64,000 nucleotides of DNA, taken from positions 136,745 to 200,744 of IMG/VR virus record IMGVR_UViG_3300024983_000001, one strand, 5' to 3'. Of this stretch, positions 17,960-27,418 are shown one piece after another. A program made the position numbers and the translations under genes. The notes under the pieces are model-generated. The model was not told where the DNA came from, searched no databases, and saw only the letters and a list, made by a program, of their open reading frames with translations. The stretch is from a virus. Each line of letters starts with the position of its first letter. Position 1 is the stretch's first letter.

Positions 17960-18247
17960 ATGACTACACGCACCGATTACACCATCCGCATTTTCAAATA
18001 TGATCAGCGCCGCAAGGATGGCATGGTTTTCGTGAAAGACTACGATTACACTGACAAGGATGAGAAGTGGATGCAAGAGGAGATGGCTGATCTTCAATTC
18101 AAACTTTATCCCAAATCCAAATTTCGTTTTGAACTGCACGAAACCTACGTGACCCGCACCAACTTGATGTCTGGTCTCGAATTCAAAGAGCGTTTCGATA
18201 CTCCGCATTACTGCTCTCCTTCCAGCGAAACGTATTGGTCGATGTGA
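17960..18247 (+). CDS. hypothetical protein
   Basis: ORF+RBS behind promoter. Confidence 0.8.
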   Translation: MTTRTDYTIRIFKYDQRRKDGMVFVKDYDYTDKDEKWMQEEMADLQFKLYPKSKFRFELHETYVTRTNLMSGLEFKERFDTPHYCSPSSETYWSM

Positions 18248-18516
18248 TGAGTCTGACTATCACAACAGATTTTGACGGATTCAAGCGGTTGGGGAAGGAG
18301 TTTCTTGATGCTCTCCCCACCGCTACACAGGAAGAAGCTGATGCGGGGTGTCGGAGCATTGGCAAACACAACAAAGCGTGGATCGTATATCGTGGTGAGT
18401 CACCGCAACGCGGCAAGTTCGACAATTACTTTTTCCTGGATGCTGATACGCGTGATGCATTCAGGAAACAGTTCGAGATACCAGCGCCGACCTCGCCCTG
18501 CCACTTCGGTCAATAA
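18247..18516 (+). CDS. hypothetical protein
   Basis: coupled ORF. Confidence 0.7.
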   Translation: MSLTITTDFDGFKRLGKEFLDALPTATQEEADAGCRSIGKHNKAWIVYRGESPQRGKFDNYFFLDADTRDAFRKQFEIPAPTSPCHFGQ

Positions 18517-18580
18517 ACGCTTGACCATTCTGTCCAATTAGGGTAGAATGGTCTTCATTGGTTAGTGAAAGGAACAACCC

Positions 18581-18973
18581 ATGAAGACATTCAACATCAC
18601 AAACATTTTGGTTGACATTCCCCTCCTCACACGATGTGTGAAGATGGTTCACCAGTTCAATCCTGAACTCGTATCCTGTGATGATATCGAAGTACACGTC
18701 AACAGTATCATCGAACGTGTACGTGAACGGTTCTCCCACAAACAACATCAGATCGATCCGTTCTGTGAAGATCACATCTCGGTTGGTCCCTGTATTCAGG
18801 TATCTTTCGTTCAAAAGTTTGATCAAACTAAGCGTGAATATCTGACGGATACGATCGATTGTGTGTTCACCGTTCGACCAATCGTGGTGTCGGAAGCGGA
18901 TGATCCTCACACACTTTTCAAGTCGATGACAAGAAAAGAATCCAAGACATACTGGAATAACTTGGTTGGTTGA
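18581..18973 (+). CDS. hypothetical protein
   Basis: ORF+RBS behind promoter. Confidence 0.75.
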   Translation: MKTFNITNILVDIPLLTRCVKMVHQFNPELVSCDDIEVHVNSIIERVRERFSHKQHQIDPFCEDHISVGPCIQVSFVQKFDQTKREYLTDTIDCVFTVRPIVVSEADDPHTLFKSMTRKESKTYWNNLVG

Positions 18974-19029
18974 CCATTCTGTCCAATTAGGGTAGAATGG
19001 TCTTTATCAGTTAGCAAACGGAGCAACAA

Positions 19030-19524
19030 ATGTCTGCATCACATCTCGTATACGTCGGCATCTTCCTTGAAGCAAAACTGAAGCCGATGAAAGTGCTTGG
19101 TCGGACTGTATGCTCCAACAATGACGAACATCGCTTCAACGTCTTCCATGACACCAATTTCTGTCCCATCTGTGGAGCCCCTGTCACGCAAGCTGAATCC
19201 GATGGCTTCATGTCGTTCTATTCTCTCGACGACGATACGATGGGATTCGACGTTGAAGACGTTGAAAAGATCCTGAAGAAGTTCGGACCTATCTACGGCG
19301 GCGAATCCTCGGAAGCTGATGTGGAGTTCCTGTATTCGAATCACGACAGACTCTGGACTCAATTCATCGACGACGATAAAGGCGACACTGATATCGATCT
19401 CGCCGCCCTCGTCACCGATCCCAAACAAGCTGAAGAGTTGTTGCACGATGACATTCAGTTGCTGCTGAAGACGATTGCAACGAGCGTCAAAGTTCGCTTT
19501 GGTGTGATATCAAGTTGGGGTTGA
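19030..19524 (+). CDS. hypothetical protein with zinc ribbon
   Basis: C..H...FCPICG. Confidence 0.75.
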   Translation: MSASHLVYVGIFLEAKLKPMKVLGRTVCSNNDEHRFNVFHDTNFCPICGAPVTQAESDGFMSFYSLDDDTMGFDVEDVEKILKKFGPIYGGESSEADVEFLYSNHDRLWTQFIDDDKGDTDIDLAALVTDPKQAEELLHDDIQLLLKTIATSVKVRFGVISSWG

Positions 19525-19588
19525 TCTTTTATGATCTTTTACCCAAATAGTGTATGATGGACACATCGACTGTCATCTGGAGCAGCAA

Positions 19589-19858
19589 ATGATTGAAGTG
19601 TTCGTATTCGAAGGTGGTGAGTACGTTGACGAAACCAGCACCAAAGAGCTCGATGACTGGTCGGAAGCCAGTATCATCGAGCTGCTATCGACGATGTATG
19701 ACTCCGTCAACGACAATGAAGATTGCACCGGAATGTTCGCAGATGATGGTAGGGGCAGCATCGGTATTCGTGACACACTGAAGTTGGTTAGTGACAATCT
19801 CGCACACATTGTGGCTGATGGCTACGACGGCGGAATGATCTACGTCGTCAGAAAATAA
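19589..19858 (+). CDS. hypothetical acidic protein
   Basis: ORF+RBS. Confidence 0.7.
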   Translation: MIEVFVFEGGEYVDETSTKELDDWSEASIIELLSTMYDSVNDNEDCTGMFADDGRGSIGIRDTLKLVSDNLAHIVADGYDGGMIYVVRK

Positions 19859-19920
19859 TCACTTGATCTTTTACCCTAATAGGGGATAATGGCTACATTG
19901 ATTGATAACAGGAACAACAA

Positions 19921-20172
19921 ATGAAGGTTATTTTTCGAGAGTATTGTGGACCGGAGGGGTTTGGAGCTGCACCAGAGTTTAGTGGTGACTCATCGATCGG
20001 TGAGAATAGGATGCAATCCATGGAGCCATTCGAAAAAAGACTCACCGCTGAAGTGAAGAATGAAATAACGAACATCTTCGCGGCGCACGGCCTCGAAGTC
20101 AAGAAGATCGACAAGGTGTATCGTGGACATGCATTCTTGCGAGTAGCCTACAACGGATCCGCTTGGAAGTAA
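19921..20172 (+). CDS. hypothetical protein
   Basis: ORF+RBS behind promoter. Confidence 0.75.
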   Translation: MKVIFREYCGPEGFGAAPEFSGDSSIGENRMQSMEPFEKRLTAEVKNEITNIFAAHGLEVKKIDKVYRGHAFLRVAYNGSAWK

Positions 20173-20247
20173 AGCAACTATTCAAGCGTTGACCTTTTAC
20201 CCCAATGTGGGATAATGGACACATCAACCAACGACAGCGAGAGTGAT

Positions 20248-20433
20248 ATGGCAGAAGTGATGGTAAAAATATCTGCGGCGCAGTTGAGTAAGTTGGTAGC
20301 AGAACACAAGGCAGCTCAAGAATTTCTCAACGTTTACTTCAACCCGACGGTAACTGAAGAAGAGAAGGACGACAAGGCTGTTGCGCTCGATGCTGCCTGT
20401 CATGCCGTGACGGCTACTGTGCGTCAAGGTTGA
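20248..20433 (+). CDS. hypothetical protein
   Basis: ORF behind promoter. Confidence 0.65.
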   Translation: MAEVMVKISAAQLSKLVAEHKAAQEFLNVYFNPTVTEEEKDDKAVALDAACHAVTATVRQG

Positions 20434-20493
20434 CCTTTTGTCCATTTGACCTTATAATAATTACATCAACTGACGACACAAAGGAAGAAACAA

Positions 20494-20850
20494 ATGAATT
20501 ACCCCACTATCAAGACTGTTGAAGACCTTCGTGCTTTCATGGCAGAAGTCAAGGGGGAGGCTGTTGACAACGCTCAACTGTTCTGGTTTGTTTGCATGTA
20601 CAATGCAGCGTTGATTGGTGACTCCTACAGTCGCAAGGACATTGCTGCGATGTTATTGGGAGGCGTCAAAGCGACTGACTCTCTGCAAGACGTTCAGGAC
20701 TTCATTGATACCTTCTATGATGATGGCCCTGATGAGTACAACCAATTGCAGAGTCTCTACATTGTGAAGTTCGTTTTTAACTTCTTTAGTAAAGGTGTCA
20801 AAGAAGAAGAAGTACAAATCCAGATTGGTGATCTGGAAGACGCTGAATGA
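20494..20850 (+). CDS. hypothetical protein
   Basis: ORF+RBS behind promoter. Confidence 0.75.
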   Translation: MNYPTIKTVEDLRAFMAEVKGEAVDNAQLFWFVCMYNAALIGDSYSRKDIAAMLLGGVKATDSLQDVQDFIDTFYDDGPDEYNQLQSLYIVKFVFNFFSKGVKEEEVQIQIGDLEDAE

Positions 20851-20914
20851 CCTGTTGACCAAATAGGGATTTTACCCTATAATGGCTACATCAACTGACG
20901 GGTGGAGTGAGCAA

Positions 20915-21253
20915 ATGGCACAAGTGATTATGTACGGCAAATTCTACGGCCGTGGTGAGGTGTCGACTTTCAAAGAAAGTGTTGACGCCGCTTTGTTTGA
21001 CAAAGCGTTCGAACTCTCCAAATCAACCGATGAAGATGCCAAGGAAGATTTTTTTGATGTTCATCTTTACAGCACAGGTTTGGGGGCGTTCGCTGTGATG
21101 TCGGCAATCGTTTATGATTCATCCAATGATCCCGAATGTGGTGAGGGATGGAACCAATCTAAAAGTTTTGGATTGATTGGTGAAGAGTTTGAGGTTGGTG
21201 TGGCTCCAACGTTGGATCAAGCCAAAATGGAATATCTCAACGTCACTGAGTGA
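20915..21253 (+). CDS. hypothetical protein
   Basis: ORF+RBS behind promoter. Confidence 0.75.
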   Translation: MAQVIMYGKFYGRGEVSTFKESVDAALFDKAFELSKSTDEDAKEDFFDVHLYSTGLGAFAVMSAIVYDSSNDPECGEGWNQSKSFGLIGEEFEVGVAPTLDQAKMEYLNVTE

Positions 21254-21269
21254 ACTTGAGGGTCAATAC

Positions 21270-21491
21270 ATGTCACGTGGAAAATATTCACCCTATTGCA
21301 CAAGCGATGCATTCATTTACGCTTATACCAAAGTAGGCGATGATGGTTGTTCCGTCGAGCTCGATGCTCAAGGATTCGATAGTTATGGCTACGATGAGAA
21401 TGGTCGTGACCGAGCTGGTAATACTGAGTGGGACTATCTTGCTGATGAGGATCTATACAACCATCACATAAGGCTAAGTGGGAGCTGTTGA
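21270..21491 (+). CDS. hypothetical protein with GFD.YGYD..G.DR repeat
   Basis: DAQGFDSYGYDENGRDRAG. Confidence 0.7.
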   Translation: MSRGKYSPYCTSDAFIYAYTKVGDDGCSVELDAQGFDSYGYDENGRDRAGNTEWDYLADEDLYNHHIRLSGSC

Positions 21492-21549
21492 CCTTTTGAC
21501 CCTAATGTGTATAATGAACTACATCAACTGACGACACAAAGGAAATGAA

Positions 21550-21987
21550 ATGAACCAGCCCATCGCCCTCGGTACCGTTCTTGAAGTCGTTCAATACGGT
21601 GGTGCCGCCGCCAAGTTCGTTGTTGATGGCTACAACGAAGATGATTACATGATGATGACCAATCTGCGCAACAAAGAGCAGTTCATGACGATTCACCCTG
21701 GCCATGCAGCACGTATCGCTGCGAACGGTGTTGATTCTGGCATCAAAGTGCTTGACGGTCGTTCGCTGAATGATATCGTAGTCAAAGCGACCAAGCAAGT
21801 TGTTTCCACCCCGAAACCTGCAGTCGTTCAAGCTGCTCCCACCGCGAAGACTGGTTCGAAAAAAGAACGTGCACTCGCAATCAAAGCAGCCAATCCGAAC
21901 GCAACTCGCAAGGAACTGATTGTGATGTTCATGGAACAACTTGACATGACTGCTGCTGGTGCAAGCACTTATGCGTCGATGAAGTAA
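21550..21987 (+). CDS. hypothetical protein, possible C-terminal HTH
   Basis: GSKKERALAI...LDMTAAGASTY. Confidence 0.75.
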   Translation: MNQPIALGTVLEVVQYGGAAAKFVVDGYNEDDYMMMTNLRNKEQFMTIHPGHAARIAANGVDSGIKVLDGRSLNDIVVKATKQVVSTPKPAVVQAAPTAKTGSKKERALAIKAANPNATRKELIVMFMEQLDMTAAGASTYASMK

Positions 21988-22105
21988 GCTGTTGACTTGT
22001 TACCCTCTTTGAGGGAGAATGGTTTTGTTGAGAGCGGCGTCGGCAAATCGGGGTGGGAGAACCACACAAAACTCGACAAACTAAGACGCCGCCCAACCAA
22101 CCATT

Positions 22106-22390
22106 GTGGGGTGTCTTGTGAAACAATCTGCTATTAAAGTCAATCGTTATACACCGTTTGCTGATCATCACCCGGCTGGATTCCGTGTCACAGGACATAA
22201 CAGCAATGGTGATGCAGTTGGGTACCGTGTGAAAGAGGCTTCAACCACAGTGGGTATGAGAGTCGATCCCAATGGTTCTTATGTGCAGGTGCAGGATCTC
22301 GAAAAGGCTCATACCAGGATTCGTGATCTCGAACGCAAACTTGCCAAAGCATCCAAGATGATTGCCACAATGAAAGCTCACAACAAATAA
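22106..22390 (+). CDS. hypothetical protein (start uncertain)
   Basis: ORF behind structured leader. Confidence 0.6.
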   Translation: MGCLVKQSAIKVNRYTPFADHHPAGFRVTGHNSNGDAVGYRVKEASTTVGMRVDPNGSYVQVQDLEKAHTRIRDLERKLAKASKMIATMKAHNK

Positions 22391-22400
22391 AGGATATATT

Positions 22401-22598
22401 ATGAAACGACTTGACGACGATACAATCGCCATCACCAATGAAGAAGCGATTGAGCTGTATGAGATCCTGCGCAATTTCATGCACAGTGACTGGGATCACT
22501 ATACGGATCATGTCATCAGCTCCACTCCAAAGGAGCAGCTCATGCAGGAACTGAATCCTCAGGCATATGACCTTGCCAACCAACTGTGTGTGGTGTGA
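22401..22598 (+). CDS. hypothetical protein
   Basis: ORF+RBS. Confidence 0.7.
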   Translation: MKRLDDDTIAITNEEAIELYEILRNFMHSDWDHYTDHVISSTPKEQLMQELNPQAYDLANQLCVV

Positions 22599-22610
22599 AG
22601 GAATAAGCAA

Positions 22611-22796
22611 ATGGCGGAAACTGTAGTGATTGAGTTTTACATCAAAGAAACGGGTGAAGTGGTCGATAACAAATATGACATGTACTTTGTCCGTGGTGAT
22701 ACAAGCGTGTGGTGTGATAATGGGCGGTCGTGGGAAAGCCAATGTGCATCAATCAGTTTCGATGACTGTGTGATGGAATGCCCCACAATGGCGTAG
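22611..22796 (+). CDS. hypothetical protein
   Basis: ORF+RBS. Confidence 0.6.
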   Translation: MAETVVIEFYIKETGEVVDNKYDMYFVRGDTSVWCDNGRSWESQCASISFDDCVMECPTMA

Positions 22797-22822
22797 CGTT
22801 TAGTACCCAAGAAAGGCGACCG

Positions 22823-23011
22823 ATGACCCCTCAGCAACTCATCAAGCGCAACAAAGAGCTGCATGCAGTAGCGGAGGATGAACATCTCCACCTCTTGGAC
22901 CGCATCGATGCTTACCTTGAGCTGTCTGAGCTTCATCGGTTCAGTGCCCACGATCGAGCCATGTATGTTACGCGTGCCCGTCGCCTCATCCAACAAGAAC
23001 AATTCGGTTGA
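22823..23011 (+). CDS. hypothetical protein
   Basis: ORF+RBS. Confidence 0.65.
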   Translation: MTPQQLIKRNKELHAVAEDEHLHLLDRIDAYLELSELHRFSAHDRAMYVTRARRLIQQEQFG

Positions 23012-23157
23012 CCTTTGCGCCAATTGCTGGATAATACCCCCAATTGGAGAACACACATGAAAACCTTCACAAAAGAAAACGCTACACCTTTCCTGGCAGC
23101 CACCACGCTGTTCATTAGCATCGTCACAATCGCTCATTTCTTTCTGGGATAATTGAT

Positions 23158-23364
23158 ATGGCTGCTCGTACCTATTTTGTCAAAGTGTCGTGGCTTGATC
23201 CCAACCAAAATCTCAAGCGCGTCCACCACAACGATAATGCGTTCTTCGACATCACGAAACCGTACTACGAAATCGTGAATGAAGTAAAGCGTCAGGTCAT
23301 TGACCGCAGCGCCTATGTTGAAGATTTTGTCATCGACTTCATGATCCCGACTGGAGAGGATTGA
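23158..23364 (+). CDS. hypothetical protein
   Basis: ORF in operon. Confidence 0.7.
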   Translation: MAARTYFVKVSWLDPNQNLKRVHHNDNAFFDITKPYYEIVNEVKRQVIDRSAYVEDFVIDFMIPTGED

Positions 23365-23365
23365 T

Positions 23366-23575
23366 ATGGAATGCCCCCACTGCCACAATGAGCTTGAGCT
23401 CAACTCCGCCCCCGTCTACAACGTTGATACCTATGGCAGGCCAGTCATAGCGGTCGCCCTATGTTGCGGGAAGGGAGTCCGACTCAGTCCCATCCGCTCA
23501 GTCAGAGTTGATCCCTACATCGGCGATCACACCGAAGACGACTGGGGCAATCCTATCGAACCCACTCCTCGTTGA
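23366..23575 (+). CDS. hypothetical zinc-ribbon protein
   Basis: CPHC...CCG. Confidence 0.7.
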   Translation: MECPHCHNELELNSAPVYNVDTYGRPVIAVALCCGKGVRLSPIRSVRVDPYIGDHTEDDWGNPIEPTPR

Positions 23576-23630
23576 CCTTTGACCCAATTGATGGATAATA
23601 CATTCATCAACTAACGCAAGGAAGAAACAA

Positions 23631-23984
23631 ATGTCCAATATGTATCTGATGAGTGCATACGCCCTGACTGAAAGGAAGCGTGCCCCCATCACCGAGATCA
23701 TGAAGCATTGGCCCAATAGTACTGTCTATGTGCTTCGTTCAGCAACCGGCAAGCTGATGTTTGCATCTTCAGCAGGTGACATGGGTTACAAAGTTGGTGA
23801 GCATCACACGATGGTCAAAGATACAGGCAGAGGCTATACTTGGCTCAGTCTCGTCGATCGTGACATGATTGTTGAGAATATCGTGACGATGGGTAAGGAT
23901 GTTGCTACTGGTGAGCAGACGATTGTGAAGAAAGAGAACAATGTTGGTCTTGCCGAGAAGCGTGCAATCTACGTCTTCAAGTAA
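23631..23984 (+). CDS. hypothetical protein
   Basis: ORF+RBS behind promoter. Confidence 0.75.
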   Translation: MSNMYLMSAYALTERKRAPITEIMKHWPNSTVYVLRSATGKLMFASSAGDMGYKVGEHHTMVKDTGRGYTWLSLVDRDMIVENIVTMGKDVATGEQTIVKKENNVGLAEKRAIYVFK

Positions 23985-24040
23985 TGGTTGACCTTTGACC
24001 CAATTGTTGTACAATGACTTCATCAACTGAGGAGACGTCT

Positions 24041-24223
24041 ATGTGCAAGTGTTATGATTGTGGCAGCAACATCGAAGGCCATCATACCGAGCTGTGTGCC
24101 TTCGCTGAAGAGTCTGATGTTCGAGACCTGCCAGCTCATCCTGGTACGCAATGGTGGACTGGTGTCGTACCAACCGATGCGCCAAGCAATGAGAGCACAA
24201 CCGAAGGCGCCAGCGCCGCATAA
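24041..24223 (+). CDS. hypothetical protein
   Basis: CYDC...H...C; last gene of the early block. Confidence 0.65.
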   Translation: MCKCYDCGSNIEGHHTELCAFAEESDVRDLPAHPGTQWWTGVVPTDAPSNESTTEGASAA

Positions 24224-24235
24224 GAGTTCATCTCA

Positions 24236-24263
24236 GTGAGGCTTCCGAAAGGTGCCTCACTTT
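24236..24263 (+). terminator. terminator closing the early region
   Basis: GTGAGGC-TTCCGAAAGGT-GCCTCAC-TTT. Confidence 0.6.
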
Positions 24264-24279
24264 CCAATTCGGAAATCAG

Positions 24280-24670
24280 TGTTCCGGATTTTTCTAAAAA
24301 GAAAAAATCGTATGCGCGCGCGTACATAAGGTGCCCCCTAGAATAGGCAAGGACTTTTTTTCGGGATTTCGTTATTCCAAAATTATTATTTCAAACAAAA
24401 TTATTATTTCAACCATCTTCTACATTTCTTTTTCCGGATTTTCCAAATTTTTTATTTCTACCTTTTTCAAACTCCCTATTGTCAATATCCATTTCCGATT
24501 TTTATTTCAAAAAATTTTTTCTGTGTAAAACAAAATTCTGGATTTTCCGGGTTTCTTATTTTGGGTCAAAACAAACACCGTCCCCCTAATATCCACTTTC
24601 AAAAAATTTTTTACCCAAATTTTTTCCGTCAAAACAAAAATCCCAAAACATAAATATATAAAAATACCGA
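24280..24670. repeat. non-coding A/T-tract repeat region (candidate origin, pac site or terminal-repeat boundary)
   Basis: repeated GGATTTT, ATTATTATTTCAA x2, CAAAACAAA, AAAAATTTTTT and a (CG)n near-palindrome at 24311-24324. Confidence 0.55.
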
Positions 24671-24679
24671 GGATTTTTT

Positions 24680-25282
24680 ATGATATGTAAAACGTGTGAT
24701 GCTACTGACCCAAACGACTTCTATCCATCCAATAAGTCTAGGTGCAAACTTTGTATTAAAAACAAACGGCCACCGAACCCCAGAATACTTAAAGCGCCCC
24801 TATGTAAAGACTGTGGTTGTGACGATCCACAAGCCTTTGGTGGTAATAGTAAATCACTATGTAAAAAATGTAGCTCTGTAGTTAGTCTCCAACGATATCA
24901 CAATCTACCACCTGACCAAAAAACTGCCTATAAACTCAGGGTTGGAGAATGGCAGGATAGTCATATCCTTTTATATCGTTACAGATCTGCCAAACAGCGA
25001 GCTACCAAGAAACAAATAGCCTTTACTATTACTGAACAAATGTTGATGGATATATGGGATTCTCAAAAGGGGTTGTGTTACTATTCTAATCTGCCTATGC
25101 AATTGAATAGAGACGACAACAGAATGAGTGTGAGCATCGATCGCTTAGATAATAAGGAAGGTTATGTTGATGGTAATGTTGTACTGTGTTGCTCCGCTAT
25201 TAACATAATGAAGAATGATTTATCTGTTGGCGAGTTCCAAGACTTTGTGTCAATTCTATACAAAAATTTAATTGCTCCATAA
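24680..25282 (+). CDS. HNH-like endonuclease with N-terminal zinc fingers
   Basis: CYYS...SIDRLDNKEGYVDGNVVLCCSAINIMK. Confidence 0.75.
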   Translation: MICKTCDATDPNDFYPSNKSRCKLCIKNKRPPNPRILKAPLCKDCGCDDPQAFGGNSKSLCKKCSSVVSLQRYHNLPPDQKTAYKLRVGEWQDSHILLYRYRSAKQRATKKQIAFTITEQMLMDIWDSQKGLCYYSNLPMQLNRDDNRMSVSIDRLDNKEGYVDGNVVLCCSAINIMKNDLSVGEFQDFVSILYKNLIAP

Positions 25283-25344
25283 CTGTTGTTCCTTCCTCCT
25301 CCCCATAGTATAATAACGATATTAATATTATTTGGGTTATCATT

Positions 25345-25620
25345 ATGGCACTGTCCGCTGAACAACAAGAGTATCTTGATAAACATCCTTTGATGAAGCG
25401 TCTTACCTTTAATGGGGTAGATGACTTGTACAACCATTTCGTCTATGGGGCGTATACGATTGATCAGTGTATTCAGTTGGATAGGGTCTCTACGGAATAC
25501 TACAAGACTAATGCTAATAAGGGGGTTGGGTTATACATGGATATCCCTATTAGTGAAGAACTGAGCATTCGTCGTGAACGTTGTGTTGACGAGAATGGGA
25601 TGGGGGAAGCAGCATGGTAA
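25345..25620 (+). CDS. hypothetical protein
   Basis: ORF. Confidence 0.7.
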   Translation: MALSAEQQEYLDKHPLMKRLTFNGVDDLYNHFVYGAYTIDQCIQLDRVSTEYYKTNANKGVGLYMDIPISEELSIRRERCVDENGMGEAAW

Positions 25621-25862
25621 AGAATGAATTCCCTTGTAGTGATGAATATCCAGTATGGCTACAAAATTTGCTTTCCGCTTATAATGTTCATTTTATTCAG
25701 AAGCGGTCATGGGGTGAGGAATATTTGATGGAGACGTTCCTTACGAAGTATGCACCAGAAGTAGTATTACTAAATGATGACGAGATTGTCTGGTCAATTG
25801 TTGATGAAGATGCGTACGATGCTGTTGTTGAGCATTGGGGGAGGGATTGTGGATTGTCGTAG
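25614..25862 (+). CDS. hypothetical protein
   Basis: coupled ORF. Confidence 0.65.
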   Translation: MVKNEFPCSDEYPVWLQNLLSAYNVHFIQKRSWGEEYLMETFLTKYAPEVVLLNDDEIVWSIVDEDAYDAVVEHWGRDCGLS

Positions 25863-26064
25863 TCGATTGTCGGATGAGCAGATCCGAGAGATGAATGTTG
25901 AAATGTGTAGGCAGGAAGCATATGATGCTATTTGTCCTCCAATGAATCGGGCAGAGCGAAGGACAGCTCGTGGTAAGATGTTAGTTGCGCAAGCAGAGGC
26001 AGCAGCATTACGAGCAGAGGTGGAATACTTACGATCAGAACTTGCAAATATGAATGGAGAATGA
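25849..26064 (+). CDS. hypothetical protein (GTG start inferred)
   Basis: GGGAGG RBS. Confidence 0.6.
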   Translation: MDCRSRLSDEQIREMNVEMCRQEAYDAICPPMNRAERRTARGKMLVAQAEAAALRAEVEYLRSELANMNGE

Positions 26065-26067
26065 ACG

Positions 26068-26577
26068 ATGATTACATTTAAAGACTATATGGATTGCATT
26101 AACTATCGGGTGACTGGTGGTAGTGCATATGGGTGGCAGTGTTATGGTGAGAATGTTCATCTGATAGATTCAGAGACGGAAGACTTTACTATTAGTGTCG
26201 TTTTTGATACAGTGAACCAAACTGTCTATGAGATTGAGGCATGGGATTATAAACGGGATGTTGTCTATCGTTGGATCCATCCTAACTACATCAAGGCGGT
26301 TAAGAAGGAATACAAGAAGCGGGGATTGAAGTTTAAGAATGCTACTGATGACCAGAAGTATATCGATCTTGATGTTGAAGAAGACATTATGGAGAAGATG
26401 ATAGCGATTGCGGCGGGGGAAGAGTATGATGACCGAGTGATGATCAGCATGGATCTTGATGATGAGACACTGGCGATTGTTGCGCGAGCTGCTCATATCA
26501 AGGATATCACAATCAATGAGTTCTTTGTTGACCTGATTGAACAGATTGTGGCGGAGGGAAAAGATAATGGCGATTAA
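26068..26577 (+). CDS. conserved phage hypothetical protein, possible C-terminal ribbon-helix-helix
   Basis: YRVTGGS.YGWQCYG; AAH.KDITINEF. Confidence 0.75.
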   Translation: MITFKDYMDCINYRVTGGSAYGWQCYGENVHLIDSETEDFTISVVFDTVNQTVYEIEAWDYKRDVVYRWIHPNYIKAVKKEYKKRGLKFKNATDDQKYIDLDVEEDIMEKMIAIAAGEEYDDRVMISMDLDDETLAIVARAAHIKDITINEFFVDLIEQIVAEGKDNGD

Positions 26578-27016
26578 GAATTCAAAGATGATGGCGAATT
26601 CGGCATTGAGTTTTGTTGCTGGGTTGCCTTGTGATGTTTATTTGGGTGGTTCACGAAGGATGGCAGAAAAGTATGCATCTGTTTCGGTTAATGATAAAAC
26701 CGACTATGATTTTTACTGCACGTATTCTTCCAAGATTCATAATCTTTTGGTCGAAAAGGGGTTTGAGGTCTCAGTGGGGGATGGTTCGGATTATTTAGAT
26801 GATGAAGCGATTACTGTACTTGCGCGTGATAATGTACAAATTGTTTTGCGTAAGAATGCTCAATTTTACGAAAAGGTCTTTGAAAATATTCCTGAAAACT
26901 TGTACTATGCATTGTTGTGGAAGTCTTCTCCTGCTTTAAGTAAACTTGCCCCTGAGCACGTTGCTGATGTGTTTAATTCATTGTTTGCAGTTGCGCACGC
27001 CTTTGAGAAGAAGTGA
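26567..27016 (+). CDS. putative pol-beta-fold nucleotidyltransferase
   Basis: YLGGSR...TDYDF (GS..DxD). Confidence 0.6.
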   Translation: MAIKNSKMMANSALSFVAGLPCDVYLGGSRRMAEKYASVSVNDKTDYDFYCTYSSKIHNLLVEKGFEVSVGDGSDYLDDEAITVLARDNVQIVLRKNAQFYEKVFENIPENLYYALLWKSSPALSKLAPEHVADVFNSLFAVAHAFEKK

Positions 27017-27213
27017 GTGAAATGAATACTGCATATGTTTTGATTATGTTGTGGACGGGCACTTATGTTGATAGTGGCGTAGCAGTTGTTCAGCAGGAAT
27101 TTACCAGTTTCCAAGCATGTGAGGAGGCGAGACGGTTCCTTGCGACAGCCAACAAAACATCAAATGTGTCGGTGGTTGTTAAGTTGCACGCACAAGGGTG
27201 CTTTAAAAAATGA
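27013..27213 (+). CDS. hypothetical protein
   Basis: coupled ORF. Confidence 0.65.
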   Translation: MSEMNTAYVLIMLWTGTYVDSGVAVVQQEFTSFQACEEARRFLATANKTSNVSVVVKLHAQGCFKK

Positions 27214-27410
27214 ACGTTTACAACTTGAATACGGATATGGTTTACTCTGAAAGAGGGCCAAACATCTATCTTATTGGCACCGCTAAAGAAATGAAGTGGC
27301 GACTGAAACAGATAGACGTTATTCATTCAATGTTGTTTAACAGTAATGCTAATGAGCATATCAAGTGGGTTTTGTTTTGTGAATTGGCGTGTTTGGTAAA
27401 TGGCCAATAG
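27210..27410 (+). CDS. hypothetical protein
   Basis: coupled ORF. Confidence 0.6.
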   Translation: MNVYNLNTDMVYSERGPNIYLIGTAKEMKWRLKQIDVIHSMLFNSNANEHIKWVLFCELACLVNGQ

Positions 27411-27418
27411 GAGAAAAG

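Larger units (their letters stand above)
3447..24030 (+). promoter_or_regulatory. array of ~29 near-consensus sigma70 early promoters, most followed by a CATCAACTG-like motif
   Basis: -35 boxes (TTGAC-like) at 3447,5417,6503,6857,7445,8505,8951,9398,9773,10433,11285,12700,13268,15993,16625,17425,17901,18521,18970,19531,19863,20189,20430,20855,21488,21992,23008,23572,23988, each 16-18 nt from TATAAT/GATAAT/TAGAAT. Confidence 0.9.

Noticed and set aside
5471-24223. Numerous minus-strand ORFs in the early region (e.g. 9608-10339, 16006-16584, 22188-22742)
   Set aside because: Antisense shadows of + strand genes that have their own promoters and RBS.
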